Part shown: piece by piece, positions 26,787-39,391 of the stretch
Numbering within the stretch: position 1 is the stretch's first letter
How the letters are laid out: every line of letters starts with the position of its first letter
Assembly: GCA_002104905.1 (NCBI GenBank)
Contig: MCFE01000320.1
Coordinates: 1 to 64,000 of the forward strand
DNA from: Basidiobolus meristosporus CBS 931.73
Lineage: Eukaryota > Fungi > Basidiobolomycota
Length of the DNA: 64,000 nucleotides
Direction: 5' to 3'
Notes under the pieces: generated by a model
Told to the model about the DNA's origin: nothing
The model's input: the letters and a program-made list of their open reading frames with translations, nothing else
Database searches by the model: none
Program-made: the position numbers and the translations under genes

Positions 26787-27286
26787 TGTTATGAATAGAC
26801 ACAAGGCAGGAGAGTACAACTAGGAAAGGCAGGACCAGGAAAGGACTTAGGTGTGCATCAACAAGGCAAGGCAGGTTTTTAGGGCAAGGCTGTTTATTCA
26901 AGACCTGTGTTTATCAGACTGAGGAATACATAAGGGGGGATAGGACTATATATATTTTTGGCATTATGGATGCCAAGAGATATTGGCTAATACTGATGGG
27001 GTTCTGGGGTGAGGCACAGTAAGTGTGCCAAGATAGAATATACTAAAGAACAGGCTGGAATATCACATGGAGATAAATCTGGGGTCAGCATAATTACCAT
27101 ATATGGCATGGGACTACATTAACTCTAATGGGAAGATTCCATAGAATGTTCCATTGTGTAACATTGACTTGGAGCTTTTAAGAAGTTGATAGAATGTAGT
27201 AGAAATTTCTAGATGGAACTGAGATTTCTTCACTGACTTGATTTGGCTAGATTATTGGAGACCAGGGATGTCATGTGTTCGTGACA
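26787..27286. repeat. Solo LTR (500 bp) of a further family with perfect 5-bp TSD CCTGC
   Basis: CCTGC|TGTTATGA...TCGTGACA|CCTGC; removing it restores the sequence seen (reverse complement) at 22825-22870. Confidence 0.88.
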
Positions 27287-30200
27287 CCTGCTTACTAACC
27301 TCTACAAATGCGCACACTTGCCACAATTGACATACTTCTATCACCTCAACCTTACAGGTTTTTAGTGTTGTACTTTCAAAGTTGCCATATACCTTGTACT
27401 GCTTGTACCATATACATCTTGCAAGCATATGCTTGGTTTTTGCCACTTCCACCATTAATACCTCCTGAATATCCCCAAAGTGCTTCTTGGCATTTAGCCA
27501 ATATATTCCTTCACCCTGCTAGATTCTAGTCCCCCTTATAAGTGCGCTCTGGCTTGTGTTTGTGTGAATTCCATATTGGATGGTTTAGAAGTTGGCTTGT
27601 GACCATGGGAAATGTGGCATATCTTGGTGGAGTTTTCCTGCTAAAAATTAGTTGCTTGTTGCACCCAACCCAACTCTGCATTATGTAACTTATTACCCAC
27701 ATATTGGTGCTGCTTAGCTTCTCAATGCCATAGGCATAGGTGTCTCTGTGTGCACATTTGTCCTCTGTATTTTCCAACTCTTCCTGGCTATCAGTGGTAA
27801 TGGAAAGTATTCCATTACTACAATATCTCAAAGCCAATATTGCACTCATTTCTTTACTTTGCTTTTTGCTATTGTAACACACAAGTGAAAGATTAAGAAA
27901 TTTCAACTTTGAAGGACAAATACTCCTGACCATGACAAGCAATCCACCCAAGAATATTATGTCATACAGAACACACAGTAGTCCACACATGTTTCAAATT
28001 ATAGTTTCAGCTTAGACAATTCTGGATGCAGGATCACAGATCAAAATGTTGCTGATATTGCTTTGGGCATCAGAGATCAGAATCTGCATAAGTTGACTTA
28101 TATTACATTATATCTGGAAGCCAATATAGGTAACTTGGATGAAGATAAACTAATGCTTTGGCACAGGAGATTTTGACACATCAATCTTGATTATTTGTGT
28201 AAAATGCTCAAAGATCAGCAAATTTCTGGTGTGAAGATTGATCCCCCAGCTAATTTAGAGCATGGTGAAGCCTGCATATATGGGAAACAAGCCAGAAAAT
28301 TGTTCAAGAGCTCTGTGATTATCAAAACTAAGAAAAAATTAGACCTAATTTGCTCAGATCTGTGTGGGCATAAGCAACAATTATCCCTAGGCTGGATGTA
28401 GTATTTAATCATGTTTATTGGCAATTATACTAGGTATGCCTAGGTCTACTTCCTGGAGAGATAGGAAGAAGCTCTGTCTAAGCTCAAGGAGCTTAGAGCC
28501 ATGGTGGAGAGAGAAAGTGGTAAAAAAATCAAGAAAATACACTCTGAAATGGTGGAGAATAAACCTCAAAACTCTTCATGTACTTCTGCAAAATTCATGG
28601 GATAAAGCAAGAGACTACTGTACCATACTCCCCCCCCAGCCAAATGGAGTGGTAGAATGTGCAAACAGAACAATAGTGGATGTGGCAAGATCTATGCTCC
28701 ATGATCATAGATTATCCTATGATTTTTGGGTGGAATCAGTTGCAACAGCTGTATACCTCAAAAATAGGAGTTATAACAGAGTACTTTGCAATTCTACCTC
28801 CTTTGCAGCATGGTATGGGTACAGACCAAGTGCCAAACATTTCAGAATATTTGGGTGTACAGCATATGCCAAGAAACTGCCTGGAAATCAGTGAATATTT
28901 GAGCCAAAAAGTGTAAAATGCATATTTTTGGGCTACTGCAATGAGGGAAAAGAATGCAGACTCTACAATGCCAAAGCCAAGAAGCTAATCAAGGCCAGGG
29001 ATATGCTATTTGATGAAAATTTAAAATACTTACAAGATATGACACTAGATGATGACAAAAATCTGAGCTCAAGTCCACTAATTGTCAGAGGCAAATCACA
29101 GCAAAACAATGAAAATCTTTTCACTCCAGAGTACTCTACAGCCATGTTTCAGTCTGAATTAGTGCCCAGGAATATCCCAGAAGTGATCATTCCAGTATCA
29201 AATGCCTGGAGATCCAACAGGACAAGAAATAGCCCAAATTACTATATCAATAGGGTACAAACTCAGTCTATGCCTATTGAGTCCATATTGATGAGCCCCA
29301 GACTATAAAAGAGGCTCTAAATAGCCCTCAGACAAAGGTTTTGAGATCTGCAATTACTGAGGAATATCAGGCCCTGATGGAAAATCAAATTTGGGGCTTA
29401 GCCAAATTACCAATCAACCAAAAATCAATTGGACGCATATGGGTATTCAAAACAAAATACAAGGCTGATGGTAATATTGAAAGATACAAAGCAAGATTTG
29501 TGGTCAAAGGATACTCTCAGACAAAAGGACTTGACTATACTGAGACCTTTGCACTGGTAGCCAAGTTTAATTCCATCAAATTAATATTGGCTATTACAGC
29601 CAAATATAAGTTTTTTATTCATCATATGGATGCAAAAACTGCTTTTTTGAATGGAGAACTTGATGAGGACATGTATATGAACCAGCCTGATGGGTTTGTT
29701 GACCATGATAACCCCCATTTGGTCTGCAAGCTTAAAAAGTCTCTATATGGTCACAAACAATCACCAAGAGCCTGGAATTGCAAAATAGATTTTTACTTGA
29801 AATCTTTGAGTTTCAACAGGAGTGATGCTGACTAAAACATATACTATAAGCCAGATAGAGCCATTCCAGTTCTATTAGCTCTATATGTGGATGATCTTAT
29901 TATAGCCACCAGTAACCAAGCAACATTGGAAGAGACTAAATCCAGCCTATCAGAGGAGTTCAAGATGTCCAATCTAGGAGTACTCAGTTACTATGTAGAG
30001 ATTAAATTCTCCATAGACAGAAGTACCCAGACTATCACCATAAGCCAGTCCAAATATATTCAAGGTATACTAAAGAAGTACCAAATGGAAGACTGTAACC
30101 AGCAGATACCCCAATGGAGACAAACCTTAACTTGGTCAAAACTCTACCAAAGCAACAGAGCTTGGTGCCATCTGAGAGCCCTGACTTTCCTTATCAATCT

Positions 30201-30926
30201 ATGGCTAGCAGACTAATGTATATCATGTATATCATGCTTGGAACACAACCAGAACTCTCATATTCAGTGGGAGTTGTCAGCCAGCATAATCTGAATTATA
30301 GATTTGCTCATTTTGCAGCAGTTAAGCAAATTTTTAGATACCTAAAAGGATCTGCTGATATCTGCTTAAGATACACTTATAGGGATTCTGAACAGGATTT
30401 TTTGGGATACGCTGATGCTAAATGGTAACAAAATTTGGAAGACAGAAGATCCACCACAGGATACACCTTTCTTTACCGTAAAGGAGCAGTTTCATGGAAT
30501 TCAAGAAAGCAACCAAACGTAGCACTTTCTACCACAGAGGCAGAGTATATGGCAGCCTGTGAAACTACAAAACAAGCAATGAGGTTAAGGAATCTTTTTT
30601 CAGATTTAGGCCAATATCAAAAAACACCTATTAGTTTATTTCAAGAAAATCAAGGATGTATACAATTAGGAAAAGATCCAACTTTTCATGCTAGAGCTAA
30701 GCACATAGATATTAGTCACTGTTTCATACATAAAGCTGTAGAGAACAGCTTGTTTAACTTAGCTTACTGTCCTACACAAGAAATGATTATAGACATATTC
30801 ACCAAGCCATTAGCTAGAGAGAAGCTTAAATATCTTAGGTCAAAATTAGGACTAGTCAGTATGAGCATTTAATTGAGCAGAAGTGTTTTAGAGCTTGTAA
30901 TTCCACCTGAATATTCACCTAACTTA

Positions 30927-33900
30927 TGTTGTAAAAATTTGTATTTCCACCTAAATATTCACCTAACTTAGTCACTTAGATCATTACCTTCAAATCCTAG
31001 AAAATACTGACCAAATTCCTTGTTGGGATTTACTTAGAATATTTTCACCAAAATACCAGGTACCCCTAACATGAAAATTCTCAAAGTTGTCCAAACAGCC
31101 CCAAACTTTGCACACATGTTCTTGGACCTTCCTTAGCCTATTCTACGTGTTTGTAATGCCAAGACCAGGTAAAAGTATAAATACTACTTTTACATTCAAT
31201 AAATCATTAAGTGAAAACCACATAATCTACTTGTTCTCCCAATCACCTCCAATATCTCCAAGACTCTTACAACAGGTTATGAGCCTCAAGCTGTCACTCT
31301 CTGCAATGTCTACTACTGCTATTACTGGAATTTTTCCCTCTGCTGAAAAGTTGGATGGATCTAACTACCAAGTGTGGAAGGTGAAGATGAAGATGCTGCT
31401 ACAAGAAAGAGGCCTTTGGGATATTGTCATGGGAGAAGAATGCCCTCCTAAAAACGTGGGAGAGGAAGCCTTGAAGTACCAGAAGAAAGAACAAAGTGCC
31501 TTTAACTGCATTTGCCTTAATATCAAGGACAAATTGCTAATTCAATGCTCAAGAGCAAAAACGGCAAAGAATGCCTGGAAGGCATTCAAAGACACCTACC
31601 AGTCATGTTCAGCTGCCAAGAAAATGTATCTGAGAAGAAAATTCTTTACTACAAAGATGCTGCCAGGAGAAGAAATGAAAAATCTAATTAACAGAATTAC
31701 CCTGCTGGTAGATGAGATGGAATCTGTGGGCGTACCAACTACTGATGAGGATGTGATAGTTACCATCCTGAATAGCCTGACAGACAAGTTTCAGGGCCTT
31801 GTATCAGCCCTAGAGTCCAGAACTGAAGATTTGACCTTAAATTACGTATATGGAAGGCTCCTGGATGAGGAATTAAGAAAATCAAGCGCCAATAAGAAGG
31901 AAGAAGAAAATGCTTTAATAAGCAATGATAACCAACAAAGGAGGAACCCAAGACCCTACAAAGGCAACAGCAATCTATTTTGCAACTACTGCAAAAGGAA
32001 AGGACACACATCAGACCGGTGTTTCAAAAAGAGAGATTATCAGCAAAAGAAGCCTGAATATGGAAATGCTGCAACAACTGAAGATAGACTATTCATATCT
32101 GCACTAAATATGACCACAAACAAGGATTCTCAGACGTGGTATATTGACTCTGGAGCTTCTTAACACTTTACACACCAAAAAGAACTTTTTACCCAATATG
32201 AAGAAATTCCAATTAAGAAGGTTTTCATGGGTGACAATAGAACACTTGATGCAGTGGGAGTAGGAACTATCCAAGTAAACCTTAGAAGCAGTGAAGGAAG
32301 CCATACACTGACCTTTAAAGAAGTACTCTATGTACCAGAAATAGCCAAGAACCTACTCTCTGTAAGCAAGGCCACAGCAGAAGGACTCAGTTTCAATTTT
32401 GACAATTCTGGATGCAGGATCACTGATCAAAATGGTGCTCATATTGCTTCGGGCATCAGAGATCAGAATCTATACAAGTTGACTTATATTCCATCATATC
32501 TGGAAGCCAATATAAGTAACTTAAATGAAGAAACACCAATGCTTTGGCACAGGAGATTTGGGCACATCAATTTTGATTATTTGCGCAAAATGATCAAAGA
32601 TCAGCTAATTTCTGGAGTAAAAATTGATCCCCCAGCTAATTTGGAGCACTGTGAAGCCTGCATATATGGGAAACAAGCCAGACAACCGTTCAAGAGCTCT
32701 GGGTTAATCAAAACTAAGAAAAAATTAGATCTAATTCACTCAGATCTGTGTGGACCTATGCAAAATTTATCCTTAGGCGGGATGAAGTATTTAATCACTT
32801 TTATTGATGATTATACAAGATACACATGGGTCTACTTCATGGAGAGAAAGGAAGAAGCTCTGTCTAAGTTCAGGGAGTTTACAGCCATGGTGGAGAGAGA
32901 AACTGGTGAAAAAATCAAGAAAATACGCTCTGACAATGGTGGAGAATATACCTCAAAACTCTTCATCCACTTCTGCAAAATTCATGGGATAATGCAAGAG
33001 ACTACTGTACCATACTCCCCACAGCAAAATGGAGTGGCAGAACAAGCTAACAGATCAATAATTGATATGGCAAGATCTATGATCCATGATCAAAAATTAT
33101 CCTATGATTTTTGGGCGGAATCAGTTGCCACTGCTGTATATCTTAAAAATAGGAGTTATAACAGAATACTTTGTGATTCTACTCCATTTGCAGCATGGTA
33201 TGGGTACAGACTAAGTGCAGAACATCTAAGAATATTTGGGTGTACAGCATATGCCAAAAAACTGGCCGGAAATCAGTCAAAATTTGAGCCAAAAAGTGTA
33301 AAATGCATATTTTTGGGCTACTGCAATGAGAGTAAGGCATACAGACTCTACAATACCAAAGCAAAGAAGCTGATCAAGTCCAGGGATGTGTTGTTTAATG
33401 AAAATTCAAAATTTTCACAAAAAATGACATCAGATGATGACAAAAATTTGATCTCATGTCCACCAATTGTCAGGATTGAATCAGAGCAAAACAATGAAAA
33501 TTTTTTCACTCCAGAGGACTCTACAACCGTGGTTCAGCCAGAATCAGTGCCCAGGAATATCCCAGAAGTGATCATTCCAGTATCAAATGCCTGGAGATCA
33601 AATCGGACAAGAAATAGCCCAAATTACTATATTAATGAGGGTACAAACTTAGCCTATGCCTATTCAGTCCATATTGATGAACCTCAGACTGTAAAAGAGG
33701 CCCTAAATAGCCCTCAGACAAAGTTTTGGAGATCTGCAATGACTGAGGAATATCAGGCCCTGATGGAAAATCAAACTTGGGACTTAGTCAAATTACCAAT
33801 CAACTGAAAATCAATTGGATGCAGATGGGTCTTCAAGACAAAGTACAAGGCTGAAGGTACAATTGAAAGATACAAAGCAAGACTTGTAGCCAAAGGATAC

Positions 33901-35610
33901 TCTCAAACAAAAGGACTTGACTATACTGAGACCTTTGCACCGGTAGCCAAGTTTAATTCCATCAGATTAATATTGGCTATTGCAGCCAAATATAAGTTTT
34001 TTATTCATCAAATGGATGTAAAAACTGCATTTTTGAATGGAGAACTTGATGAGGACGTGTATATGGACCAGCCTGATGGGTTTGCTGACCAAGATAACCC
34101 CCATTTGGTCTGCAAGCTTAAAAAGTCACTATATGGTCTCAAACAATCACCAAGAGCCTGGAATTGCAAGATAGATTCTTATTTGGAATCTTTGAGTTTC
34201 AAAAGGAGTAATGCTGACTATAGTATATACTATAAGCCAGATAGAGCAAATCCAGTTCTATTAGCTCTATATGTGGATGATCTTATTATAGCCACCAATA
34301 ACCTAGAAACATTAGAAGAGACTAAATCCAGCCTATCTAAGGAGTTCAAGATGTCCAATCTAGGAGAACTCAGTTACTACTTAGGGATTAAGTTCTCCAT
34401 AGACAGAAGTACCCAGACTATTACCCTAAGCCAATCCAAGTATATTCAAGATATACTAAAGAAGTACAAAATGGAAGACTGTAAACCGGCAGCTACCCCA
34501 ATGGAGACAAACCTTAACTTGGTCAAAACTCAACCAAATCAAGAGAGCTTGGTGCCATCTGAAAGCCCTGACTTTCCTTATCAATCTATGGTTGGCAGTC
34601 TGATGTATATCATGCTTGGAACACGTCCAGATATCTCATATTCAGTGGGAGTTGTCAGCCAACATTATCAGAATTATGGATCTGATCATATTGCAGCAGT
34701 TAAGCGGATTTTTAGATACCTAAAAGGAACTGCTGATATCTGTTTAAGATACACTTATAAGGATTCAGAACAGGATCTTGTGGGATACTCTGATGCTGAT
34801 TGGGGACAAAATTTAGAAGACAGAAGATCCACCACAGGATACACCTTTCTTTACTGTCAAGGAGCAATTTCATGGAATTCAAGAAAGCAACCAACCGTAG
34901 CACTTTCTACTACAGAGGCAGAGTATATGGCAGCCTGTGAAGCTACAAAAGAAGCAATGTGGTTAAGAAAGCTCTTTACAGATTTAGGCTTATGTCAAAA
35001 AACGCCTATTACTTTATTTCAAGATAATCAAGGATGTATACAATTAGGTAGAAATCCAACTTTTCATGCTAGAACCAAGCACATAGATATTAGACATCAT
35101 TTCATACATGAAGCTATAGAGAGTAACTTAGTTAGCTTAGTTTACTGTCCTACAGATGAAATGATTGCAGACATATTTACCAAACCATTAGCTAGAGACA
35201 AGTTTGAATATCATAGGTCAAAATTAGGACTAGTCAGTATGAGCATTTAGCTAAGTGGGAGTGTTGTAAGAATTTGTATTTCCAGCTAAATATTCACCTA
35301 ACTTAGTCACTTAGATCATTACCTTCAAATCTCAGAAAATACTGACCAAATTCCTTGTCGGGATTTACTTAGAATATTTTCACCAAAATACCAGGTACCC
35401 AGAACATGAAAATTCTCAAAGTTGTCCAAACAGCCCCAAACTTTGCACACATGTTCTTGGGACCTTCCTTAACCTATTCTATGTGTTTGTAATGCCATGT
35501 CCATGTAAAAGTATAAATACTACTTTTACATTCAATAAATCATTAAGTGAAAACCACATAATCTACTTGTTCTCCCAATCACTTCCAATATCTCCAAGAC
35601 TCTTACAACA
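30927..35610 (+). mobile_element. Ty1/copia family-2 full-length element A (LTRs 30927-31274 and 35262-35610)
   Basis: TG...CA LTRs differing at roughly a dozen positions, PBS GGTTATGAGCC, PPT, TSD ACTTA/GCTTA, inserted in the LTR of copy D. Confidence 0.95.
31306..35250 (+). pseudogene. gag-pol of element A with two nonsense codons
   Basis: Single frame gag-PR-IN-RT-RH interrupted by TAA (32161-32163; CAA in element C) and TGA (33805-33807; CGA in C). Confidence 0.92.
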
Positions 35611-37410
35611 GCTTAGTCACTTAGATCATTACCTTCAAATCCTAGAGAATACTGACCAAAATCCTTGTTGGGATTTACTTAGAAGATTTCTGCAAAAATA
35701 TCAGGTACCCAGAACATAAAGATTTGATAAGTTGTCCAAACAGTCCCAAACTTTGCACACATACTGTTAGGACCTTCCTAAACATATTCTATGTGCTTGT
35801 TATGCCAAGACCATGTAAAAGTATAAATACTACTTTTACATTCAATAAATCATGAAGTGAAAACCACATACTATACTTGTTATGCCAAACACTTCCAGTA
35901 TCTCCAAGACTCTTACAACATATCTTGTCAAGTCCATGTGAAAGTATAAATACTACTTTTACATTCAATAAAGCACTTAGTGAAAGTCACATGATCTATT
36001 CGTTCTCTCAATCATTTCCAATATCTCCCAATCTCCCACAACCAGACTACCAGCTGTTGTAAAAGTTTGTAATTCGACCTACATATTCACCTAACTTAGT
36101 CACTTAGGTCATTATATTCAAATCCTAGAGAATACTGACCTAATTTTTTTATTGGGATTTACTTAGAATATTTTCACCAAAATACCAGGTACCAAAAACA
36201 AGAAAATTCTCAAAGTTGTCCAAACAGCCCCAAACTTGCACACATGTTCTTGGGACCTTCCTTAACCTATTCTATGTGTTTGTAATGCCATGTCCATGTA
36301 AAAGTATAAATACTACTTTTACATTCAATAAATCATTAAGTGAAAACCACATAATCTACTTGTTCTCCCAATCACTTCCAATATCTCCAAAACTCTTACA
36401 AAAGGTTATGAGCCCCAAGCTGTCACTCTATGCAATATCTACTACTGCTATAACTGGAATTTTTCCCTCTGCTGAAAAGTTGGATGGATTTAACTACCAA
36501 GTGTGGAAGGTGAAGATGAAGATGCTGCTACAAGAAAGAGGCCTTTGGGATCTTGTCATGGGAGAAGAATGCCATCCTAAAAATGTGGGAGAGGAAGCCT
36601 TAAAGTACCAGAAGAAAGAACAATCTACCTTTAACTGCATTTGCCTTGATGTTGAGGACAAATTGCTAATTCAATGCTTAAGAGCAAAAATGGCAAAGAA
36701 TGCCTGGAAGGCATTAGAAGACACCTACCAGTCATGTTCAGCTGCTAAGAAAATGTATCTGAGATAAAAATTCTTTACTACAAGGATGCTGCCAGGAGTA
36801 GAAATGAAAAATCTAATTAGCAGAATTACCCTGCTGGCAGATGAAATGGAATCTGTGGGCATACCAACTTCTGATGAGGATGTGATAGTTACCAACCTCA
36901 GTAGCCTGACCAACAAGTTTTTGGGCCTTGTATCAGCCCAAGAGTCCAGAACTGAAGATTGGACCTTAAATTACGTATATGGAAGGCTCCTGGATGAAGA
37001 TTTAAGAAAATCAAGCACCAATAAAAAGGAAGAAGAAAATGCTTTAATAAGTAATGATAACCAACAAAGGAGGTACCCTACAAAGGCAACAGAACCTGTT
37101 TTGTAACTACTGCAGAAGGGAAGGACACACATGCAACCAATGCTTCAAAAAGAAAGACAGTCCGCAGAAATAGCCTCAATATGGAAATGCTGCAACAACT
37201 GAAGATAGACTATACATATCTGCACTGAATATGACCACAAACAAGGATTCTCACACATGGTATATTGACTCTGGAGCATCTCAACACTTTACACACCAAA
37301 AAGAACTTTTTACCCAATATCAAGAAATTCCAATTAAGAAGGTTTTCATGGGTGACAATAGAACACTTGATGCAGTGAGAGAAGGAACTCTTCAAGTAAA
37401 CCTAAGATGC

Positions 37411-38222
37411 TGTGGTGGTGTAGAGGTACTCCTGGGAGAAGCTACACAACTCAAGGTGTGTGAGGTGTCTGATGGGTGCAATAACCTCTGTGTCTAAACT
37501 GCTGGTGTCTTTGTCAATATGTCACTATGTCACTATGGTAAAAGCTCCTGCTTCTCTAGCTTCCTAGGTGCGCCAAGTGTCTCCAAAGGCCTCTGTGTGT
37601 CTTGTGCACTACCATGAAAAGCTCCTTGATGGCAGGTCTGAGATGTACTGTTGAAGGCAGGCGCAGTGATCAACTGCTAATCAATAAGGTAGAAGTGTTA
37701 CTGATAGAAGGGATGATTTATTGATGAGGGATTGCTTTCCCTTAAATACTTTTCCTGATTTCCAAGTGATTACTAATGACAAGGTTCTAGAAGATTCTAG
37801 GCATCAGTGGAATTCTTGATGACATCACTATGAGCTAAAAGTATGCCAAGAATGTCCTGGAAGGTTCTAAAGGGCGCAGCACATCCAACCAATCAGGAAT
37901 CAGTAGGCTGAAACCTGTGCAACATAAAAATACCATATATGGTATTGAAATGGTAGGGATGGTAACACAGACCTAGGTTATGTGTCACGGGTACTGATGC
38001 GGGTACTTGCCTTATGTAGATACATATAATGATCACAAAGCTGAATAACATCTGGGATAACTAATGCTAATAACTAATCAGTGTAAACATCATATAGGGA
38101 TAATACTGATAATATGGGCAAAAGAAGAATGGGATAATACTGATAAGATAAAATATGGATAAGTATATCATAATGACTATATGAATAAACTTGTCTGTGC
38201 GAGGTATGTTTACCCTACCTCA
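37411..38222 (-). repeat. Solo LTR, TGTGGT family subtype a
   Basis: Inserted in the protease of B; flanks ATGC / ACAC, both one CpG transition from ACGC. Confidence 0.88.
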
Positions 38223-39360
38223 ACACACTGAAGGAGGCCATACACTGACCTTTAAAGAAGTACTCTATGTACCAGAAATAGCCAAGAACCTACTATCTGT
38301 AAGCAAGGCCACAGCAGAAGGACTCAGTGTCAGCTTTGACAATTCTGGATGCAAGATCACTGATCAAAATGGTGCCCATATTGCTTTGGGTATCAGAGAT
38401 CAGAATCTATACAAGTGGACTTATATTCAATCATATTTGGACGCCAATATAAGTAACTTAAATGAAGAAACACCAATGCTTTGGCACAGGAGATCTTGAC
38501 ACATCAATTTTGATTATTTGTGCAAAATGATCAAAGATCAGCTAATATCTGGAGTAAAAATGGATCCTCCAGCTAATTTGGAGCACTGTGTAGCCTGCAT
38601 ATATGGGAAACAAGCCAGACAATTGTTCAAGAGCACTGGGATAATCAAAACTAAGAAAAAATTAGATCTAATTTGCTCAGATCTGTGTGGACATCCGCAA
38701 CATTTATCCCTAGGCTGGATGAAGTTTTAATCACCTTTATTGACAATTATACTGGATATTCCTAGGTCTGCTTCCTGGAGAGATAGGAAGAAGCTCTGTC
38801 TAAGTTCAAGGAGCTTAGAGCCATGGTGGAGAGAGAAAGTGGTAAAAGAATCAAGAAAATACACTCTGAAATGGTGGAGAATAAACCTCAAACTCTTCAT
38901 CTACTTCTGCAAAATTCATGGGATAAAGCAAGAGACTACTGCACCATACTCCCCCCCCAGCCAAATGGAGTGGTAGAATGTGCAAACAGAACAATAGTGG
39001 ATGTGGCAAGTGTTGTAAAAATTCGTATTTTCCACCTAAATATTCACCTAACTTAGTCACTTAGATCATCACCTTCAAATCCTAGAGAATACTGACCAAA
39101 TTCCTTGTCGGGATTTACTTAGAATATTTTCACCAAAATACCAGGTACCCAGAACATGAAAATTCTCAAAGTTGTCCAAACAGCCCCAAACTTTGCACAC
39201 ATGTTCTTGGGACCTTCCTTAACCTATTCTACGTGTTTGTAATGCCAAGACCATGTAAAAGTATAAATACTACTTTTACATTCAATAAATCATTAAGTGA
39301 AAACCACATAATCTACTTGTTCTCCAAATCACTTCCAATATCTCCAAGACTCTTACAACA

Positions 39361-39372
39361 GGTTATGAGCCC
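39361..39372 (+). promoter_or_regulatory. Primer-binding site for half initiator tRNA-Met
   Basis: GGTTATGAGCCC abuts the LTR and is complementary to the fungal tRNAi-Met anticodon arm GGGCUCAUAACC (Ty5/copia-type priming). Confidence 0.85.
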
Positions 39373-39391
39373 CGAGCTGTCACTCTCTGCA

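Larger units (their letters stand above)
25892..27990 (-). mobile_element. CMC/EnSpm copy 4, inverted right half (degenerate TIR, subterminal region, transposase 3' part)
   Basis: Reverse complement of ~22330-23383 with two LTR insertions; 27790-27990 gives a decayed Tnp2-like stretch (FHLCV...VVMEYFPLP). Confidence 0.75.
28010..36054 (+). mobile_element. Old degenerate copia family-2 copy D (integrase-RT-RNase H, 3' LTR split by element A) plus flank
   Basis: Frameshifted pol 28010-30872; LTR 30884-30926 resumes at 35611-35920; followed by a partial LTR duplication and ACTACCAGC. Confidence 0.85.

Noticed and set aside
37231-37497. ORFs fusing copia protease or transposase to CGGVEVLLGEAT.../MSVGGMFTLPQ...
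   Set aside because: Read-through into or out of solo-LTR ends, not real fusions.
39233-39391. LTR-encoded N-terminal extension of gag (MFVMPRPCKSINTT...) open in several copies
   Set aside because: It starts upstream of the LTR TATA-like GTATAAATA, so it is unlikely to be in the transcript; recurrence simply reflects repeated LTR sequence.
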